Assembly: GCF_009914755.1 (NCBI RefSeq)
Contig: NC_060929.1
DNA: 64,000 nt
Reading direction: 5' to 3' (one strand)
DNA from: the human T2T-CHM13v2.0 reference genome, Homo sapiens
Shown: positions 55,051 through 64,000 of the stretch, one piece after another
Position numbering within the stretch: the first letter of the stretch is position 1
How the letters are laid out: the number at the start of each line of letters is the position of its first letter
Notes under the pieces: generated by a model
The model's input: only the letters and a program-made list of their open reading frames with translations
The model's database searches: none
What the model was told of the DNA's origin: nothing
Position numbers and translations under genes: made by a program

Positions 55051-56853
55051 ATCCTTAAGTTTTGCCTTCTCAGACATAAGCTGCTGAAAAACCCTCTAGT
55101 AAAATTTCTATCGCCTGCTTGTTACATATATTTAAGCAACATATTTTAAACATGACTAAAATGTGCAAGTATTTCAGAAGATATAAAATAAAGAGAAAGA
55201 ATATTGTAAGTTGTGGCTAACAGCAGGAAGAAATTTTCAGTCCCGATCTTTCCTTAGTGACATGATGTTTTTCCATTTAATTTTGAACAAATTTTCTGTC
55301 TCAGCTTCTATTTATATTTTTTCTTTCACTTTAATGTGAGAGGTTTAACATACCCTTTACACATAATATTACTTCATCAACACTCTACAAGTTAAAGAAA
55401 AGACACGCAATACACAACTATGAAGAAACTATTACGACACAGAAGTTATTAAGGAGGAAATTATTGATTTTACTTCCTGCTTCATAGCACTAGTTCAGCA
55501 ATGATACCAAAAGCTAAGCCAACTCTTTAAATCTTTTATGATGTGTGAATAAAAATATTTTCTAATTACAAAGTTCCAACTGCATTTTACTTAGAGAAGT
55601 TTCTTTTCACCAACCTTTTCTGTATACTCTGACCACATGATTGTCAGAGTGGTGTTTTGAGATTTTAAATATGTGATAATGAATCATATTTCTATGCCTA
55701 ATATTCTGACTTCTGGAGAAGAAGATGCAAGAAGTACTAAATTGCTCTGTGGTGGAGATGAGTAAAGAGGAAATTTCATTTTACCCATTCTATTCTGCTG
55801 AAAAGGAAGGAGTAGAGAATTGGGGGTCATGATTCATTCCCTTACTTTTCACTCCTATATGCAGTTCCAAAGTATTATTTTTCACCAATACAGCAAGGTG
55901 GCAGGCAAATGGATGTGAATTAAATTTTTAACAGCCTTGTCATGTCCCTATGTAATGAGTTTTATCCAATCCATGAAGAAATCCCATTCATCTTTTGAAA
56001 GAACTCAGACTCTATTGTAATTCCCTCACAATATAAGAGTTAAGAAAATAGATTTGGGATCAGAAAGGCTCAATATATAGTCCCAGCTTCACTACTAAGT
56101 ACTTTATGGCTAGTAAAATTATAATTTTGCTAAATCTCAAGTTTACTAGCTGTAACAGTAAAATAATACTGACCTCTCAAAAGTGAATTCTAAATATTAA
56201 AACACATGATATATTTAAATTACTTTCCTATTTACCTGAATGTTAGTCACTGTTGTTTTTGTTGATGTTGTTTTTATTCTCATGGAGTAGATTTTACATT
56301 CTTTCATAGGAAAAAAACAATATTATAAAGTTTTCCTAAATCGACCAAGAAAACAGCCAGATGAGTTCGAAAAGAGCAGTTCATGTATTCAAATTAAAAT
56401 TAATTTTCTTCCTTGGTTAGACAGAATGTTAAACAGTTATATAACATGTATAGTACTGACTCATGCTATCATAAGTTGTTCTGTGGCATACAACAAAAGA
56501 TTTTTTAAAATGTTGACAGGCTAGGGACATTGTGTTTTCTAATTCTTGCTTAGCTTTATAATATTCAGTATGTGCACTAATTTGACAAAGCTAAAATGGA
56601 ATTCATAAAAATAGATTTTTCAAGTCTTCAGAGATGAACTAAATCACTTATTTCAACAATGAAAACATTCATTTAGTTAATCAAATAGATTACATTACTT
56701 GAGGGATCACATGCCTGATTAGTGTCAAAGACAGGTCTCCAGCTTGGTCCTTATCTTAAATGAAAACACTGGCAACATTCAAGCCAAACACTGTTCTTCT
56801 AGTCTCCCAATTTGAAAGCCATCTTTGAATTTTCTCTCTCTCCCATTTCTTAT

Positions 56854-56925
56854 TGTATTAGTCAGGGTTCTCTTAGTGGGACAGAACTAATAGGATATAT
56901 GTGTGTGTGTGTATGTATATATATA

Positions 56926-56966
<41 letters not shown>

Positions 56967-57187
56967 CTTAACATACTGCTGAGTACATAGTAGACTTTCA
57001 GTAAACACTTTCTGACTGAAAACTGATAGTCAGGACTTATTCTTAGAAGGGAATATATCATTCTCTATAAGAAGTTGTTGATTTTCTCAGAGATTTGTTA
57101 ATTAAACACACACACATGCTCATGCACCCGCACACACACACATATACAATATATGTATATTATATATATGTATATTTTATATATATA

Positions 57188-57234
<47 letters not shown>

Positions 57235-57621
57235 ATATATATATATATATAATGTATATTTATACGGGAGTTTGTTAAGTATTAACTTACATGATCACAA
57301 AGTCCCACAATAGGCTGTCTGCAAGCTGAGGAGCAAGGAGAGCCAGTCCGAGTCCCAAAACTGAAGAAGTTGGAGTCCGCATCCAGCACAGGAGAAAGAT
57401 GTAGGCAGGGAGGCTAAGCCCATCTCTCCTTTTAATGTTTTTCTGCCTGCTTATATTGGCTGGCAGCTGATTAGGTTGTGCCCACCAGATTAAGGGTGGA
57501 TCTGCCTTCCCCAGCCCACTGACTCAAATGCGAATCTCTCTTGGCAACACTCTCACAGACACACCCAAGATCAATACTTTGTATACTTCAATCAAGTTAA
57601 CACTCAGTATTAACCATCACA
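56854..57621 (-). mobile_element. ERVL solo LTR MLT2A1-like, containing (TA)n/(TG)n tracts and a foreign 160-bp insert
   Basis: TGTATTAGTCAGGGTTCTC..GGGACAGAACTAATAGGATA; CTGCAAGCTGAGGAGCAAGGAGAGCCAGTCCGAGTCCCAAAACTGAAGAA; CTCAGTATTAACCATCACA end. Confidence 0.93.
56964..57123 (+). repeat. Dispersed direct duplication of 59256-59415
   Basis: 160 bp, 12 mismatches, no indels, offset 2292 bp. Confidence 0.95.
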
Positions 57622-58580
57622 TTTTTACATAACCCAGCACTAACCCTGGCTGTTTATACCTTTGAAATGTCTATCAGGTTGATCTATTCCTCTCTGTTCA
57701 TACCTAAATTGCTACAAAAGCCTCCTTGCTGGTGCAAACATTTTATTCCCCTCAAATTTATCCTAACCAGAATTACCAATATTTCTGTAATATGGCTTTC
57801 ATAATGTCTCTTGAGTGTTCAAAGAAATTCAAAGGATTGTTGCTCATTATTTTACCAAAGTGATTGGATAATTCTCTGCCCATATTTACATGTCTTTAGG
57901 TGGCTTTTCCCAACTTGTCTTATTTGTGATCTTGTCCATTTAGAAACTTTGCATTCAGTTGTGTTGGTTTCCTTGCTGCCTCCTGCATATGTCATCCTCA
58001 TTTGCATTTCTGAGTCTTTATTTGCAAAATTTTCATAACCATGTCTCCATCCCCATCCTAGTCAATTCATCTAGATCTTTCTTATCCTTCAAGGCTCAAT
58101 TACATTATTTTCCTAACAATGTTTCTGACTACAACACATTTATTGCTTGTGTACTGGCTGCGTAGTTCAAAGTTCCTTGTCTTTCTATTATTTTATTCCC
58201 AGTGGTGTGCTCTTTAATAGTGGAAGAGGAGGTTGGTACAGCCCGTTTTTAAGCAACTTTACAGTTAGATAGAATGTTTAATTCAGAACAGTGTTTGAGA
58301 CCTTCATTTCACTTCACATATCCCAGTCCATAGAGGGAGAGGGAGACCTCTCTAGTCAATACATTTCCAGCTCTCCTCAAGTTGGAGTCCTTCAAACTGA
58401 AATTTAAGGTCATTCCCAATGACCACTACTCTGTGGTCACTGAATTTAAAAACCTCTGCCTTTGCTACTTAATGAACAGGCAATGTGTGTCTTCTTTCTC
58501 TCCATGGTTTTTAAGTAACTTGAACATTTCCACTTTATTCAATGGGCACCTCTTTTCCTCAGCCTTTGGGACAACTTTGA

Positions 58581-59019
<439 letters not shown>

Positions 59020-59209
59020 TAGAAGAATCTCTTTCCCTCCCTCTATCCTGAGTATCATCACCTTATACTTCTAGGTGTCTACCTTGATTAGGGACATGTC
59101 AATCTTGAGGATGGAAAAGAGGAGAGCATGTGCCAGCCTGAAGAAAGGGAGAAGAGGAAAAAAATTATCTACCTGACCTACCTCACGCTTTAGTGTTTTC
59201 TTTTTTTAA

Positions 59210-59315
59210 GTAGATAGTAAACTCCATGGAGGCAGGAAACTTTTCTCTGAATTCTTAGCTTAGCATACTGCTGAGTACATTGTAGACTTTCAGTGAACAC
59301 TTTCTGACTGAAAAC
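59210..59315 (+). mobile_element. L2 3' end fragment
   Basis: TAGATAGTAAACTCCATGGAGGCAGG...CTTAGCATACTGCTGAGTACATTGTAGAC. Confidence 0.6.
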
Positions 59316-60154
59316 TGATAGTCAGGACTCATTCTTAGAAGGGAGTATATCATCCTTTATGAGAAGTTGTTGATTTTCTCAGAGATGTGTTGATTAAACA
59401 CACATGCATGCTCATATGTACACACACACATACACACACAGACATGCAGGGTCGGAATGAAATAATAGATCATGAAGCGCTGGCCGATAGAATAGGATCA
59501 AAGTAATATGTTTTAAAAAACTTTCAGGGTTTAAAATGCCTTACCAGTTCTTTTCTTGTTTGTACTATCACTTTCCACATTTGTGGCTCTTATTTTATTG
59601 TGGCATGAAGATAATGTGAAAAAATCTCGAGAATTTTATAAAGTATTAAATGTTGGAAAGAAAGAAATTTCTGCATGAAAATAGAGACTATCACAGTTCA
59701 AAAATAGCATCACTCTAATAACAATGGTCATGTTGGCAGGGTGGTAAATACCATGAAACCAAAAGGCTTAGGTGCTGCCTAAACATGCTAAATTATCCTC
59801 GCTCTCCAATTGAAATGTCATCTCTGTTTAGGGACAACATACGTAAAGTCTTCCATTTGTGATTCAGATTCCCCTGTTGCTAAGAAAAAATTGTAAATGC
59901 TTTGTTTATTCTGAAGTAGAAGATTTCACTCTGGATGTCGAGTGCCCATAGTATCTAAAGCATCCTTCTTTTCCATTTTCTTTAATTATGTCTCTAGAAA
60001 CGAGCAGCCATGTGTTGAGACAACTGCTACTTTAGAGACAGCACCAAACTCAATGGGTCAGGATGTAAGAGCAGCTTTAGAAGCTAATCTAAACTCAAGA
60101 GTTCAGGTTCTAACATGGATTTGTGAAGTGAGCATGGTTTGTTTGGTCTGTCCC

Positions 60155-60280
60155 AGGTACTATTATTATTTTACAGGTAAAGAAACGGAGGTTGCCCAAA
60201 CTCATGCAGCAAATAAGCACTGCTGGTAGAACTTGATTCTTGATATGTCTGGGTCTACAGTCCTTGTTCCAGACCCCTCT
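60155..60280 (-). mobile_element. MIR fragment
   Basis: TATTATTATTTTACAGGTAAAGAAACGGAGG..TTGCCCAAACTCATGCAGC. Confidence 0.6.
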
Positions 60281-61309
60281 ACTCCATGCCCTCTTTGCAC
60301 GGGGAGGCGCAGACTCAGGATCATTACTCTGGCTCTCTCTGCTTTTCTAGAAAAGGTGAAGGATACCCTGAAATATTTTTCCAAATTGGTTCCATTCTCC
60401 CCATCTCTTTCAACTCTGAACACAAGAGACAGAAATCATAACCAGAGGGCAGGATAAGAGAGAAGATAGAAAATAACTAAGAGGAACTTGATTAGGTATG
60501 AAGGGTGAGAGGGAAGAGGAACTTGATTAAATATTAACAGTGTAAGAAGACGAGCTTGACTGGATATCAAAGATGGGGGAATTCTTCATTTTCCCCTTCG
60601 TGGGATTCTTTGCCAAAACTAGGCTCAGCAGGCAAAGGAAGAGGCCTCATAGAGAAAAGGGCTCAAAAGAACCTGACTAAAGTTTGACCAAGAAAGTTAC
60701 TGTCAGTAATGTACACTATGATGTTTCCTTTCTTGTTTGTTTTATCTCTGTTTGAGGAGGACAAAATGTAAGATATTAATACTGACTTAAAAAGAGAAGG
60801 GACATCACAATGGGGTTTCATATACTAGGCATCTGGACTTGAAGTTCTAAAACATATGTATTGTGACTAAAGTCTTGAAACTATCTGAGTTGCATTTTCT
60901 TCCAAAGAGACACCCATATGGAATATAACTTCTTCCCTCCCTCCTCTTCTGTTCCTTCCTTGAAGTTTTAAATACAATGTCAAAGAGAGAAAGAATCCCA
61001 AAGATTATCTGTTCCAATCTTGTTTTATAGATGACAAGAAAGCTTTCAAAAAATGGAATAATTAATTAAAAAAAAGCTAATAAAGAGGTGCTTTGATTTG
61101 CTCATGTTTGTCCCAGACATTTCTTTGTTCTACAATACTGCATTCTTCCTGCTCTAGCAAGTAGAATTTGAAGATCTAAGACTTTTCCCTTTATTACATT
61201 TTATTCTGAACATTATTTTAATAGCACTATTACCTTTATGAACACTTTGTTGGATAATATTTTTATTTTTTAATAGTATTACATTTGTTTTGCCCTTAAT
61301 TTTAGTTAA

Positions 61310-61355
61310 GGATTTTCACTATTAATACTACTGGATTTTCACTATTAATACTACT
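61310..61355. repeat. Perfect tandem duplication, 2 x 23 bp
   Basis: GGATTTTCACTATTAATACTACT at 61310-61332 and 61333-61355. Confidence 0.95.
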
Positions 61356-62881
61356 AATGGCTCTTTGGGCTACTTTATGGAGTACAAACCTAAAATAATT
61401 TTGAATTTGCAAACCTGTAATATAAGATTATATTCAAAAATCTAAATTTTGGGGAAAATAAAAGAAAATAAACATTTTAAGAATAATTTAAATTTACATC
61501 AGCTAAATTTTTCAGTGAAGTTACACATATTATTATGTGTGACATAAGCTTGTATATGTTTTATAAGACTTTATAAGCTTTTAGATGTTTTTGTTGTTAG
61601 TAAATCAGAAAAAATCGAAGATATAAAATTACATTTTATAATCTCAGTGGCATAATCTGCAACTAGAGTGTTAATATTCAATATCTAATTTAAAAAAAGG
61701 AAATCTGATTTGACACAAAAACTAATACAAGTAACATTTGCCTCAACAAAAAAGGGTACATCAATTCATAAAAAAATACTTTCAAATAAAGTTTATTTTA
61801 TTTTTTCCCAAATACCCCAAACTTGAAAAAAAGATTTGAATATTTAACTTTGACCATACAATTTCATACCCATACAACTTCACCCTGCTTTAGTCACTTC
61901 TTATTTAGTTTTAATATTCTTTTTGATTCTTCGTTCCAAATCTTGGTAAACTTCTTAAGATCAGCCAGATAATAAAGAACACCCTCAAAAGGGTCAGCGA
62001 GTCTTTTATAAACAAATTCTTGGCAAATAGATGTGTATATTCATAAGGTTGCCAGTTTTCCCTTAGGTTGAAATAGCAGCCTCAGCAGGATCGTGATATG
62101 TGGAGGGGCTTGAAGAGGGGTGCTGGTTATTTCTGGAAAATTTTAATTTGCGTCTGTGCAGTTAAAGTGTGTTTATCATTTCTTTACTTTTCTCCACTCC
62201 TATTTCATCTTGCCTCTCCCTTTCAACTTACTGTTCTACTCTTTACACCCACTTCCTTGAGAAAAGCACACATGGAGAGAGTGAGACAGTCAGCAGGGAG
62301 CTTCATCCCAGTCCTGGTTCCTGTGCTGGCCTTGGCTCAAGCAAGGGGAGGAGCTAGAATCCCAGGCAAGGCCCAGGATCAAACAAGGGCTCTCCCCTCT
62401 TGGAATCTGCCAATGGGGCTGCTCAGCAATAATTATGCTTGGGTCCCTTTGAATCGGGGGATTGGACCTCATGAGCTTCTGTAATTTTAAATCACACTCA
62501 AGAGATGTCCAAGGGAAATTTGAGACTTTAATAAATAATCGTTATTTAAAATCAGTGTATTCTTTACTTTGTTCTACTGCCAACACACAGGGCTAATTTC
62601 TACTGCCAACACACAAAGGAACACAAAGGGTTCCTTTGCTTACAACGGAGAGAAGAACGTTCAGGCTCCACTCAAGCCTCATGCATGGCTAAGGAATTCA
62701 TGGTTGAAACTGGGGTCAAGTAGTAGACGTACGAATTCAATTCCTTCTAAAATTCTACTTCTATCTGACTAGAACTTCAGGCTACAGTCTTAAACTTCAA
62801 CCATTATAGTAAAATTTACAAGTCCCAAATTTCTAAGTCAAAGTGTAGGTCAATTGCTTCACTTACTGAATGCATTTTGCC

Positions 62882-64000
62882 TTTTTAAAAAAAATTTGTA
62901 CTTTAGGTTCAGGGTACCAGTACAGGTTCGTTATATATATATAGGTAAACTACATGTCATGGGGGTTTGGTGTACAGATTATGTTGTCACCCAGGTAATA
63001 AGTGTAGGACCTGACAGGTATTTTTTCTGACCCTCTTCCTCCTCCCACCCTCAACCCTCAAGCAGGCCCCGGTGTCTGTTGTTTTTCTCTTTGTGTCCAT
63101 GTATTCTCATTGTTTGGTTTCCACTTATAAGTGAGAAATTATGGTATTTGGTTTTACTGTTCCTATATTGATTTGCTTAGTATAATGGCCTCCAGCTCCA
63201 TTCATGTTGCTGCAAAGGACGTGGTTTTGTTCTTTTTATGGATGCATAATATTCCATGATATATATGTACCATATTTTCTTTATCCAGTCTACTGCTGAT
63301 GGGCGTTTAGTTGATTCCATGTCTTTGCTATTGTGAATAGTGCTGTAAAGAACATACAGATGCGTGTGATATGATAGAATGATTTACATTCCTTTGGGTA
63401 TATACCCAATGATGGGATTGCTGGGTCAAATGGTAATTCTATTTTAAGTTCCTTGAGGAATTGCCACACTGTTTTCCACAATGGTTGAACTAATTTACAC
63501 TCTCATCAGCAGTGTATAAGTGTCCCCTTTTCTCTGCATCCTCGCCAGGATCTGTTATTTGACTTTAAACATAATAGCCATTCTGACTTGTGTAAAATGG
63601 TATCTCATTGTGGTGTTGACTTGCTTTCTTTAATGATTAGTGAGTTGAGCATTCTTTTATATTCTTGTTGACCACATGTGTGTCTTTTTTGAAAAGTGTC
63701 TGTTCAGGTCCTTTGCCCACTTTTTAATGGGGTTGCTTGTTTTTGACTTGTAAACTAATTTATTTTTCACACAGATTCTGGGATATTAGACCTTTGTCAG
63801 ATGCATAGTTTGCAAATATTTTCTTCCATTCTGTACGTTGTCTGTTCACTCTATTGATAGTTTATTTTGCATGCAGAAGCTCTTTAGTTTAATTAGGTGT
63901 GACTTGTCATTTTTTGTTTCTGTTGCAATTGCCTTTGGAGTCTTCGTCATGAAATCTTTGTCAAGGCCTATGTCCAGAATGCTATTTCCCATTATCTTCC
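62882..64000 (-). mobile_element. L1PA-type (older primate) 3' end, continuing beyond the window
   Basis: TTAGGTTCAGGGTAC, CCACTTATAAGTGAGAA; ORF 63290-63481 (WQFLKELKIELPFDPAIPSLGIYPKE) is the L1 ORF2 C-terminus. Confidence 0.93.

Overview
AT-rich, CpG-depleted primate genomic DNA. AluY, LTR5A and THE1 elements point to a catarrhine, most likely human. The window is intronic or intergenic, with no recognisable protein-coding gene, CpG island, RNA gene or CRISPR array. Much of it is decayed interspersed repeat: 9 Alus plus an Alu monomer, several L1 fragments (mostly on the minus strand), L2/MIR/CR1, DNA transposons and many ERV/MaLR LTRs. These include a full-length HERV-K(HML-2) LTR5A solo LTR with a perfect TSD, an internally deleted THE1 provirus and a head-to-head LTR16/ERVL structure. 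The ORF track is explained by repeat-derived or chance ORFs. I found no evidence for a novel gene system. The most striking unexplained pattern is a set of local copy-and-paste scars: a 160-bp segment copied into a (TA)n tract, a multi-switch inverted templated patch inside an L1, a ~435-bp intra-L1 duplication, a 25-bp templated patch, and 113-bp and 23-bp tandem duplications. There is also a degenerate 16-bp minisatellite, a strong minus-strand non-coding exon candidate and several candidate enhancer motif clusters. Repeat subfamily names come from recalled consensus motifs, not a RepeatMasker run; boundaries of old repeats are approximate.
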